From NCBI RefSeq assembly GCF_006345805.1, contig NC_042998.1, positions 184,512,001 to 184,576,000 on the forward strand: a DNA stretch of 64,000 nucleotides, in the 5' to 3' direction. Below the pieces are notes generated by a model. It was given only the letters and a program-made list of their open reading frames with translations. It searched no databases and was not told the origin of the DNA. This DNA comes from Octopus sinensis. Its lineage: Eukaryota. Numbering within the stretch: the stretch's first letter is position 1; each line of letters opens with the position of its first letter. This document shows positions 42,440 through 54,679 of this stretch, piece after piece. Both the position numbers and the translations under genes were made by a program.

Positions 42440-43109
42440 GTTTATATGAATCTTACGAGTCACATTTTTCCGAATGCTCCTTTCCCCCATTACTTGGCAG
42501 AATTCTCTTACTCGCCATTATTTCATCAAATTCTCTACTCTTCAACTAACATGTTTCTGTACGCAACACTCCAGTTGCGTAAACGTCCATATTCGCCACT
42601 CATTTGGCTTTCGATCCCCCATGAACATATTCAGCTCAATTCATTAACAACGTGTACCATCAGGTTATGCTGCTCACCCTGACTAAGAAGAAAACATGCA
42701 TTATCTGTGTCTAATTTTCTCAAGCCAGTAGGCTTGGCAGACATTTAACTGCTATTTCTAGCAGGTCTAGTGACCATATATACGGACGCTTAAGGCTGCT
42801 GGTTCGTCCCCATTAAGTTTATTAAGATTTAAGATTTAAATGTGAAATGTGTTATAATTCCCGATTAACTGTTTTAACAATCAGTAGTATATAAACATTG
42901 GGATATAATTTTTGATGAATCACAGGCAATAGCTATCTACTCGAGCTGAATAATTAGTGAAATATTTGGAGGGTTTGAAATAGAACTTGAAATATAGCTT
43001 GTCTCAGTAGATTTTTACCTTGTATTTAAGGGAGACTAACAAACAAATTCTGCTCCTACATGTTGGGCAATACTACTGGTATAAATACAGACATTCTACC
43101 ATATCGAAA

Positions 43110-43420
43110 AACGCACCTCCTTCTCGTGATTGATTGGCAGGAAGCTCCTCACCAGAAAACTCGAATCTTCTTGGCTTTTGTACTTCTACTACAATGGTTT
43201 CAGATGCTTTGAGCTGGCTCCTCTTGCACCATCTTTACATTGGCCCTCCATGTCAACTTTCCCGTTACTCATGCTGTACTCATTCAAAGATCCTACGTTA
43301 ACTATTTCGTCCATGCTATTTTCTACAGAACGTCAGCTGTTTTGGAATACCTCCCAGCTCATGTTTTTACTGTTACTACTTGCAACTGTTTTATCATCTC
43401 TCTGGTCTAGGTGGGTCTAC
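43110..43420 (+). mobile_element. CR1/L2-group LINE 3' fragment
   Basis: LLYFYYNGFRCFELAPL and, in a shifted frame, IFYRTSAVLEYLPAHVF. These resemble the LFYRYYNG.C..EL and FF.RT..LWN.LP..VF C-terminal motifs. Confidence 0.55.
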
Positions 43421-43994
43421 GAAAGGCTTTGGGCTTAAACGTTTCCTCCAAATTAATCCGAAGAATTTTACTTTCTTTTGTTTTTTAAAGGTGGATATTT
43501 TGCATCGAAATATTTAGTCACTTGATAAGTTTCACAATATAGACCTTACGTTGCTCTATTCCAGGTTAATTCTTTGCTATTGTACAGATCGCAAAACGAA
43601 AAGCAATTGGCTCGGCTGTTACAGTCATATCTCCGATTTAAGAAATGTTGGTCATGGTTAAACATCCATTTTGTCCACCTCAGATCCATAACACTGTTCA
43701 TCTAGAATGAATACAGATTACTCAGCAACAACGCTATTGACTAAACATTGTTTAATTATGTAGGTGGACTAAGTAAAACAGTAAGACAGCTACCTACCAA
43801 ATCACGTTGTTTCAAAGCTACCAAGAATTAAAAACTGGCAAGCGCGCTTGGTTGTATGTTTGTTTGCTTATTTGGATGTGTGCGCGCATCCGATAGAACA
43901 AAATCCAAGGAAGACTGATGATGGTCTGCATCGGCAAATGCTATTATTCGGAATTATTTTTGTTGTTTCATATATATATATATGCATATTGAAA

Positions 43995-44300
43995 GCGCAT
44001 AGCTCAGTGGTTAGAGCGTCGAGCTTACGATCGTGAGGTTGTGAGTTCGAATCTCAGACCGGGATGCGCGTTGTGTTCTTGAGCAAGACACTTTATTTCA
44101 CGTTGCTCCAGTTCACTAACCTGTAGAAATGAGTTGCGACGTCACAAGTGCCAAGCTGTATCGGCATTTTCTTTTCCCTTGGATAACACTGGTGACGTGG
44201 AGAGGGGAGGCCGGTATGCATGGGCTATGCATAAACAACCTTGCCCGGACTTGTGCCTGGGAGGGTAACTTTCTAGGTGCAATCCCATAGTCAGTCATGA
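43995..44300 (+). mobile_element. tRNA-derived SINE family C with intact A and B boxes
   Basis: A box TAGCTCAGTGG (44000-44010), B box GAGTTCGAATC (44043-53), then TTGTGTTCTTGAGCAAGACACTTTATTTCACGTTGCTCCAG. Related copies at about 7940-8230, 15966-16120, 22300-22530 and 39900-40040(-). Confidence 0.78.
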
Positions 44301-44322
44301 TATATATGCATATATATATATA

Positions 44323-44390
<68 letters not shown>

Positions 44391-46320
44391 TATATATTTA
44401 TACTCACACACATATATATGTATGTATGCATATATAACCACAACCACATAATTGATGACAAAGTACTTCAAATGTTTATTAAAATTATTTTTCGTTTTCT
44501 GTGTTTGTTTGCTTAACACATTGAAAAGTTACTAACCTCTCTATTTACCTTATAATTATTTTAGCGCTCGCTTTAAAATATTTATCCTGTTTACGCATTA
44601 ATTCCACTCCCTTTTACATACATTTACATACATTGGTACATAGATAAATAAATATACACGTACATGCAAACATACGTATGTAAATTTATATACATAATTC
44701 AATACCAAGTAACACACAGAAGATTTAAGTATACAAGTGTAAATACGTATAACTTTTTAAATGAATAGCTCCCAGGTTTGCAATACAACACGCTGACACA
44801 TATATACAAAACAGGTATAAACATACATAACAACCTCACACGTATACAACAGCCACACACAGTTACACTGTCACGGCTTCCATAATTACTAAAGAACATA
44901 AAAAGAAATCTAAGTAACTAACCGTAGAAAGCTAACCTGTAGAGGTTCAACCTGAAAATGGCGGGGTTGAGGTAAAACTATATTGTTATCATAATATATG
45001 CTAAAGAGGCCGGGTAAATATTGAACGAGTAGCTGTCGGGTAGACATCAAAGATCAAGTTGGTGGGAAAGTAGGTTGGAACAGTGTGTGTATGTGTGTGG
45101 TGGGGATGTATGGCTTTAGAAGAACCAACCATTCAGCTTAGCGTAGATAAACCAGCCAACAGGCTGCGATGTGTTGCTTCGTGGGGGAAAACCCTGTCAA
45201 TATTTATTTATTTTACATATACAAACACATAGGTGTAGAAAAGCTTACGTCTACACAACAATAGGCTGTGTGTGCATACTTAAGACAGATGTTGGTTTCT
45301 ATGAGAATGTACGTGTAGGTTGTAAGTGCGTTAGTGTGTGAGTGCACGTGTGGGTGTATTCAGGCGTGTACTTTTGAATGTTTGTGCGTGTGTGTGTATG
45401 TGTTTCTCTGTGTGTGTGTGTGAGTAAGTGTGTGTGAGTAAGTGTGTGTGCGTGCGGTCGTGATCACGAAAGTTACTTTCGGATAGTGCCGTATGCACAG
45501 GTGAAGTAAATACCAGCTATAGCTAGTCAATGAATTAACCTTTAGTTTTATTAAGATTTATTCATATCCCAGTACTTTGATATTTCGATGCTTATAAAAG
45601 TTTATTGTATTTCCTCAATTTAGTCTTAACATTACCAAAAAAATGTGTATTTAAAAATTTCCTTTATTATCTCCCCTTTATTTTCGCCTTATATTTCCGT
45701 CAGAGATAGACGTAAAGACATAAAGCCACAGAGATATACATTGAGAGAGCAAAACTGTGTGCTAGAGAGTGAAATGAAGAGAGTAGGCTAAGAAAAATCT
45801 AGAGTGATGTCCCTGAATCTCTTGGTGTCAACAAGTATACAATTGTTATATGGGCTGAAATACAACTCTGTAGTCACAAAGTTAAAAAAAATATATATGT
45901 TCTTATTATTCGTTACAAAGTCCCATTTTACAAGAAATCGCATTGAATATTTGTCAAATCGAAATGTATTTGGATGGAAGGCAGTGTAAGTTAAATTTTT
46001 ATCAGGTAGTTGTGACGTTGTCCAGATACCGACAATTAAAGGCTGTCATTAGAATGCGACATTTATATACTAAGATATATAGGAAAGCGTGTACAGTTGC
46101 TATTTTCCAGTTTTCATTACTTGTAATTCAAAACAAAACTGGAAGGTAAATCTCCAGTAAGTGAAACCTTACCGTCTTGAAAAAGAAACGGCACATTGGC
46201 TAACATAGTTTTGATATACTCTTAGGAAAAGTGCATGTCCACGACTAGATACTCAGGTTTGACCCGGAACTAAACGGTTTAACAATAACCACAGTATCAA
46301 TAACAACAAATCTATACATA

Positions 46321-46616
46321 TTTCGTTTTTGGATTTGGTTTGCAAGATTCTTTATATGAGTTCGTGTGTTGAAGCATATTCTGTTGTGTCTGGGGAGAGT
46401 CATTTTCTTTTTGTGCCTTATAATGTATCACACTCACCGGTAAAATTTCCACTTGTTTCTTATTTTTATTTTCCTAAAATTTTTATTTTCTTAAAATAGC
46501 AAGACGCAACGAAAATTTTAGGAAAATAAAAATAAGAAAAAAGTAGAAATTTTACCGGTGTGTGTGTTTTTTTAAAGGCACAAAAAGAAAATGACTCTCC
46601 CCAGAAACAACAAAAT
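46321..46616. repeat. Foldback/long inverted repeat with ~105-bp arms (46379-46482 and 46512-46616)
   Basis: Left TCTGGGGAGAGTCATTTTCTTTTTGTGCCTT...CACCGGTAAAATTTCCACTTGTTTCTTATTTTTATTTTCCTAAAATTTT. The right arm is its reverse complement with few mismatches. Spacer about 29 nt. Confidence 0.85.
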
Positions 46617-47544
46617 CTATACATACTTATAATCAATAAAATAAACGAATTAAATTTTAGTCGTGTTCTAAATTGATGTAACTGCAAATTTGACTACTAT
46701 AATTAACATCCATGCAAAGCAACGCTAAAACTTTTATTCTTATAGGGAATTTAAGTGCTGTTCACCCAATTTGTAAAATTACACACACATATGTGTGGTA
46801 TGTGTGTGTGTGTTTGTGTTTGTGTATGTGTGTGTTTGAGCTGTGCGCATGCGTGTGTGTATGGTTGTGTGCGTGTCTAGTTTCATCTGTATTGATTTCA
46901 TTAATAGGCACAACTCGGATTTACAAGCCAGAAAAATTATATCACATATCGTCCGTAATGACATTAGTGGTGTAACGATATAAGAAAGCGAGATGAATAA
47001 AACGAACTGCATACTGGAAGCGTACCTCTTACAGCTCTTGCCTCAATGTGAACTGATACAAATTTTATGGTGAGAGAGAGGTTAGGATGTGTATTCATTA
47101 TTCAGCAGCATATGCATCGTTAAAATGTGAACTGAATTGGGTTAATTTTTTAATAGGTATAACGGGCTTACAATTTTTTTTAAGAACGGGAAATCGTTAT
47201 TAGATTCGTAAGTGAAATGAAATAGTTCTAACCGGACATTAAAAACATACCATGGTTTAGATCTGCCGGAAAATTACTTGGGTTAAGTAACATCTTACTG
47301 TCTTTAAACTGGAAGGATACAATGCAATTTTGAAAAAAAAAATGACGCAATGTTCACGGCTCTAATGATAAGTCTACTATTTTCTTTTTTGTTTTTTTTT
47401 GTTTTTCAAAATGCCACAGTAAATAATAGTTTAAAGTTTTGGCACAAGCCAAGTAATTTCGGAGTGGTGGGGCGTAAATATGGACGAAATGCCGCTAAGC
47501 ATAGTAACGATTCTGCCAGTTCACCACTTTATAAATAATAATGA

Positions 47545-47577
<33 letters not shown>

Positions 47578-47579
<2 letters not shown>

Positions 47580-48142
47580 CATTCAAACTGACAGGAAGAT
47601 AGATGCAAATAGGCCAGACATCATATTGAAAGACTTCAAACAAAGAACATGCCTCCTCATTGATATGACTGTCCCAATCGATATAAACGTATCTGTCAAG
47701 ACCTACCAAAATCTGAGCAAATATAAAGATCTTGAAATAGAAATCAGCAAAATGTGGAAGCTGAAGACTAAAACAATACCTGTTGTCATAGGTGCCCTGG
47801 GAATGATAGCAAAAGGGGCTGATAGCTACCTAACTCAGATACCAGGAAACCCCAAAATGGCAGAAGTTCAAAAGATAGTGCTCATGGGAACTGCTCATAT
47901 CCTACGCAAAATACTCTCTATGTAATCTCAAGGTTTAAAACAAACATAATTTTCGGTTTAAAAAAAAAAAAAACCCCCTTTTTTTTTTTTTTTAGACATT
48001 CATTAGTACAACATCCCCACCCCCAAATATATGGCACACTAGGCATAACAACAACATGAACTTCCAACCCTGTTGTCTCTTGAGGTCTCTGGGTGAGACT
48101 TGGAGCCAACTTGTACAAATATAAAGCAAAAGTCAAACATAG
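47578..48142 (+). mobile_element. 5'-truncated R4/Dong-clade non-LTR retrotransposon (restriction-like endonuclease C-terminus plus 3' UTR) inserted in (AAT)n
   Basis: Open frame 47578-47925: TIQTDRKIDANRPDIILKDFKQRTCLLIDMTVPID...KYKDLEIEISKMWKLKTKTIPVVIGALG...QKIVLMGTAHILRKILSM*. This is the RLE PD..D..K motif set. (AAT)n on both sides. Confidence 0.88.
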
Positions 48143-50959
48143 AATAATAATAATAATAATAATGATAATAATAATAATAATAATTCAGTGCAACCATGAT
48201 ATAGAGAATAGGAAGCGCAAAAAGATTCAGTTTAAATTGTGTCGTTTCGTTTCCAGAAACAGGAGGAGTGGTGGTAAATATGAAGATTGTCTTAGGAAAA
48301 AGAAAACATTAATAATTCCAATGATCTTAATAAGTGTGTCAAATAAAGTCTCCTTCGGGAACGAGTATTTTTCTAAGGACACTGTTGTTCTAACTCGAGT
48401 GGGTGGTACTATAATAGTTTCTTCGAATGGTATCATTTGATGATTCAATGTGAAAGAACTTTATCAGATAGCCTTTATGTATTGCTACCCACGTTTTTTC
48501 CTCTTTTCTTTTTTTTTCTAGTCGTTACTTGTATCAAATTATACATTGTAGCTATACAAGTAATTCCGGCTTTCTACTCAATGTAGTTGTCACACGATTC
48601 ATAGTTTACTGGCGACGAAATATTGAATGAAACTATAAAGAATTTCAATATTTAGTATTCATTATTCGTTATCTGGGTCTTTAACATAAAAAAGTCAATT
48701 TCAGTTTGCAAAAAATACTAAAAATAAATTTACCTATTCTTGATTACAACTCAATATATAATTTTTAATTGTTCTTGACCCTCTCAAAAGTGAATTTTCT
48801 CACAACTTTGAATCGAAATTCCATTCTCAAAATTCATGGTTATTTTAATAAACGTTTTTAACGTCACTTTGCTTCACAGTAAAAGTAATATGGCCGATTA
48901 TTTATGAATGAGTAAATGAATAGATTGAATAGAATGAATAAGTTATTTAGAAATATAGACAAAACAAACCGACAACCAAAAGTAAAGAAATGGTATAAGG
49001 GTATAATTATAAACCAAACAAGAGAACACAAAATTGAGACCACGCGGTCAAATCGAAATGGCAGAAGAAAAAAAGAAAGAAAAGTAGATTTATGAAATGT
49101 AAGTAAACGAAAGTGAGAAAGGAACGACTCAAGGACATAGACAAAAGGAAACCTTAAAAATTTGTACTGTCACAATCACCACTATTATGGCGACGATAAT
49201 GATGACGACGACGACAAAGACGGCAGCGACCAGCACCACCTCAGCAACATCAACGACATCTATATCGCGCCGCTGACAACCGCTGCGAAGTTTATTCTCT
49301 GTTATTCGCCAGTCTACACGTGACAACAGCTTTTTGGGTGAGTTGCCACGTCGCGTAAGATGCTGATTAGGCCATACGGGTATTGTCCGAATTGTAGACG
49401 GCGTTGAAATGTTCATGGACAGTCGCTAGTATGAATCTTTGAGCAGTAAAATACAGAATTCTTCAAAATGAGGGCCTCATTAATAAAGCTACTAACTTTC
49501 GGAGTGTGCCAACTTGGCATTTTCGTTTATATAGGAGCAGCTCCTGAATACAAAACCTTTTCATAACCATTATTCTGTAGTTTTTCAAACCATTTGCTGC
49601 CATCCATCCATCCATCCATCCATTCATCCATCCATCCATCCATCCATCCATCTATCCATCCATCCATCCATCCATCCATCCATCCATCCATCCACTATAT
49701 ATACACATGTGTTTATATATATATTCATATATATGTGTGTGTGCGTATTCGTAATGCATATATGTATTTTAAAAGTATGTAATGTATGTATCCAACTTTC
49801 GAAACACATGCACTACTTCTTCATGGATGCAGGTATCGCTGCTAAGGTTAAGAAGCTCGGTTTGGAAACAAGTAGTTCTAGTTCGATCTTACTGTGTGGC
49901 ACTTTGTTTGGACAAGTGTTTTATAATATAGAATACATTTAACCACAACCGTTTGAATGGAATTTGGCAGACATAAACTGTACAGAAATCCCTCACACAT
50001 GCACATATGAATACATACACGACTCTCAAATTTTTTTTTATGTATATTCATTCTCGTCTGGTCTTTCTATGTTCCGAAGAAAGAATTGGCAATCGAATTG
50101 AAATTTATTGTCAAGAGGAGATACTTACTCATAAATATACACGATAGAGAATATAATTTTAGAATTTCAAATTTTAGAATTGAATTTCAAAGCTTTCAGC
50201 TAAAATTAAAAAAAATTAAATCGCAATACTAGCACAAATCCACATCATTTTGAGGAGAATGTAGATTATATTGAACCCAGTAATTAACTGGTATTGTCTT
50301 AATAGCTCTGACAGGATAAAAATGCAGAGCTGACATCGACGAGATTTGGAGTCAGAGAGTAAAGAGACGTTACATAATACAAGGTATTTTGCCCGTCACT
50401 TTATTGTTTCTGACATCGAGCAACATTCTTATATGATAATATTAGATTCAATTTTTGGCCCAAGGCCAGCAATTTTGGGGGAGAGTGAAAGTCGATTACA
50501 TCGACCCCAGTACTCAACTGGTATTTATTTTATCGCCCACAGTTACTCACCATCGGAACCAAAAGCTTCGAAGCCACCAGAAAAGGAAAGGGGGAAATCA
50601 AACGACACGAGAGAAAGGCTCGACAGAATCAACCTCATCTTTCACCAACGTTACCATGCAGTCAGTGCCATCGACTGTTCTATGTAAGAATTGGTCTACT
50701 TAGTCATCAACGCCATCACCATAATAGAAGTATTCGGTAAAGAAGAAACTAAATTCTCGAATACGAGATAAAGCTGATAACTTATTTTATCACCGCGAAA
50801 GGATGAAAGGTAAAGTCGACTTTGGTGGCATTTGAACTCAGAACGTAAAGACACACGAAAAATGCCGCTAAGCATTTTACCCGGCGCGGTAACAATTCTG
50901 CCAGTTCATTGATTTTCTGTCATAAGTCAGTCTTTTATTATAATTTCTTTCTATGTTGT

Positions 50960-51558
50960 ATTGCACATCGATGGTGGTTATAACGTATGGTGATGTTGGT
51001 GATGATGATAACAATGATTGTGGTGGTAGTGATGTTCTTGATAGTGAGAATGGTGCTGTTGATATAGGTAATGTTGATGAGGGTGATGAGAGAGTTGGTA
51101 GTGACAATGTTGAATAGTAGCGCTAATGGGGGTGAGGATTACAGTGGTGATGCTGGTTGTGGTTATGGTGTATGTTGATGATGGTAGTGGCGCTTCTCCG
51201 GGAGGCATTTAAGATAATGATGTTGATGCTGGAGGTAATAGTAGTAGCTTAGGTATGAATAATGGCATCAACATGATGGTGGAAGTGGGTAGTGGAGTTG
51301 GGTGGTGGATGTGGGTGGTAGAAGTAGGAGGTTGTGGACCTGGTAGTGAAGGTGATGGCGAGGGAGTCGATGATAGGGTGTTGATGGTGACAGGATATTG
51401 GGTGGTGGGTGATCACTTTGTTGATGAGGGAGGGTCAATCAACCGGCAGATAAACAAATTATCACAACAAACGCAATAATTTGGTAAAACAATTCAATGA
51501 TTCATTTGGGTCCATTAATATTTTCAACTGAATTACAAGCATATACGGCACGCACACA

Positions 51559-51633
<75 letters not shown>

Positions 51634-52232
51634 ACACACACACATACATACGCACACACATGCATACTTTCATACGCAAACACATTCACACATGGGTGCA
51701 AATAAATACACACGTCAAACAGAAGTGAATGACCCATATAAATAAGCCCTCTTCACTATACTTACTACTACCATCATCGCCATCGACATCACCAACAACT
51801 GCTACCGCAAAAATGACCGTCACTTCTGCAGTTGTCAGTACTACCACCCTCGCGACCACTACATGTACATGCAGCCACCAGTATCAACAGCAGCATCACC
51901 ACCACCACCACCACCACCACCACCACCATTGCAATTACCTCCATATCAACACAACGTTCACAATTCTACGACGACGACGACCACCACCACCGCCACTACG
52001 ACCAAAACCACCACTACCACCATCACTACAACGACTATCACCGCAGCCACCGCAACCACGGCAACCACCGCCAACACTGTCATCTCCATCTCAATCACCA
52101 TCACGATAACGCAACTACTCCTATGGCAAGTACACACTAGAGAGAACATCAACATGGTCACTCGTCGACCTGCACAAATTAGCAGCTAAATTTCGCTTAA
52201 GCTTACTCCTTATAGCACAAAATATATTAAAT

Positions 52233-52306
<74 letters not shown>

Positions 52307-53090
52307 GTAAAATATTACAAAGTAGAAAATAAAAGGGTCTGCCAGTAAAGACAAGATAGGTCCAGCCGAAACATTAGCACTTTCGCCAGCACCAATGCGC
52401 CTTCCACAATTACCCACCCTCCGTTGAAATTCCTGCTCTCAACTACTACTACCGCCACAACCACCATCCTCATCATCAATGCCGCTGCCACCAATACCAC
52501 CACCACCACCACCACCATCACCACCACCACCACCACCACCACCACCACCACCACCACCATCACCACCACCACCACCATCACCACCACCATCACCACCACC
52601 ATCACCACCACCATCACCACCACCATCACCACCATCACGACGACGACGACCACACCACCACCAATGCCACGACGACGACGACGACCACCACCATCATCAC
52701 CATTACGACGACGACGATGACGACGACGACGACCACCACCACCACCAATGCCACCACCACAACCACGACGACGACGACGACGACGACGACCACCACCACC
52801 ACCATCATCACCACTACGACGACGACGACCACGACCACCACCACAACAACAACAACTACCACTATTGTCACTACCAGCAAAACTACCACAACACAACCAC
52901 CACAGCCAACGCCAACGTCCATCATCCCTTTGTATGCCACTAGCACTATCACCACAATCACAACCACCATTAACACCGTTATTAAAATTCTTCCGCCACC
53001 TACAATTACTTTAATACCGCCATTAAAGCTGCCTCTACCACAAACCCCATCCCTGCCATCGCCGCCGCCGCCGTCGCTGCTGATGCTTAA
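50960..53090. repeat. Compound/degenerate trinucleotide field: (GGT/GAT), (CA)n, (CAC), (GAC), (GCC)
   Basis: Direct reading. Confidence 0.9.
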
Positions 53091-53889
53091 AGGCTTTATC
53101 AAGTAATATCTATCATTTTATAAAACCCAACCAATCAAACCAATCAAGATCCTTATCCAGTGGAGCGCCAAAGCGGAAAAAGAGGGAATGAACGAAATTG
53201 AAATTTCTTTCATAGCGAAATGGGAAGGTTTGAAGCTTGAACTGTGGCCTCCCAGCTACGAGCAGTCCTCCGAGTGTGGTGAAGCAGCGAAGGGATGACA
53301 TTTTCTCGTCCAGATTGACAGACAGAAAGACAAATAGATAGGTTGTCGCTGTCGATTGTACGGCCAGCGTTCAAAACCGACTTCAATCTATCGAGGTTCG
53401 GTGCCTGTTTCGTGGTTTTCGAGTTGGCCACCAGTTTGGTAATATGCTCCATTAGGGACGTCTTGGAGGTGGAATAGATGGAAAATGGAAAGAAGAAGAA
53501 GAAGAAGTAGAGGTGGAGGAGAAGAAAGAATGCAAATGTATAAGAAAACGAAAAGAAAAAGAGAGATAGAAAGAGAGAGTCGGTCTGTAAGAATGAAGTA
53601 AGAAAAATGGCGAAAGAAAAAGAATGAAACCAAAATTTGAGAACTACAGAACAAGAATAACAAGAACAGAAACAACAGCATTACAAGGAAAACAAGATCC
53701 TTATGAAAGCAAAGGGGTTTTGAGGAAAAAAAGTAGTAAAAGTTGAGGAGTTGTTGCCCATGTCTACAAATTTACTCCCCGAAGTATTAACAAAGAGTGT
53801 TGTATTGTAATATCTATAGAAGAAAACTGTAAACGGGCTGATGCAGCAGCAGTAACAACACCACCACCAAAAACAATGATAATGATTTC

Positions 53890-54095
53890 AAATTTTGGCA
53901 CAAGGCCAGCAAGCTCAGGGAGGGGATTAGTCGATTAGATCGACCCCCAGTACTCAACTGTTAGTTATTTTATCGGCCTCGAAAGGACGAAAGACAAACT
54001 CGACCTCGGCGGAATTTGAACTCAGATCGTAAAGACAGACGAAATGCCGCTAAGCATTTTGCCCGGCGTGCTAAGGATTCTGATAGCTCGCCGCC

Positions 54096-54096
<1 letters not shown>
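53890..54096 (-). mobile_element. SINE family B monomer
   Basis: Same core (CGAAAGGACGAAAGACAAACTCGACCTCGGCGGAATTTGAACTCAG). Similar monomers at about 23600-23775, 31545-31770(+), 35590-35800, 36290-36480, 37845-38035, 50445-50910, 56560-56750, 58430-58560(+) and 59290-59470. Confidence 0.75.
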
Positions 54097-54175
<79 letters not shown>

Positions 54176-54210
54176 TGTAGCCATGTGAATAATAATAATA
54201 ATAATAATAA

Positions 54211-54518
54211 TTGTAGCCATGTGTTGATAGGAATTCTATGGGGTTTGAATAAATCACATCAGGAAGAATGGGTGTTTCGTTCAACCTCTTTAAACAACCC
54301 TTATTCAGGGACTTTTTGAGCGGGCTGGGTTACTCGACTTGAAGAAAATTCTAACTGGGCTCCACCTGCAAAGTCATGCGCTATCTTGATGTGAAATCAC
54401 CATGTTGCGCACATATGGTTGTGGTGCATGTCCATGGTGTACCCTTATCAGACGGGTAGTCATGATGGGTATACTGGGCTTCGTATATTTGTACCTCAGT
54501 GTCACTTTGATGGCATGC
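54211..54518 (+). mobile_element. (AAT)n-embedded retroelement fragment, copy 2 (shorter at the left end)
   Basis: Homologous to roughly 35230-35550. Long (AAT)n/(GAT)n flanks. Its first 13 nt (TTGTAGCCATGTG) are duplicated at 54175-54187. Confidence 0.65.
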
Positions 54519-54534
54519 AATAATAATAATAATG

Positions 54535-54598
<64 letters not shown>

Positions 54599-54679
54599 TG
54601 ATGATGATGATGATGATGATAATAATAATAATGATAATAATAATCCTTTCTACTATAAGCATTTCTGATCAAGTTGTTA

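Noticed and set aside
43995-44066. tRNA-like sequence
   Set aside because: A and B boxes are present but there is no proper acceptor stem, and the sequence continues into a shared SINE body.
49180-49345. GC-rich patch ending in a GG|GTGAGT donor
   Set aside because: All frames are low-complexity or stopped and no acceptor or start is supported; kept only as a weak possibility.
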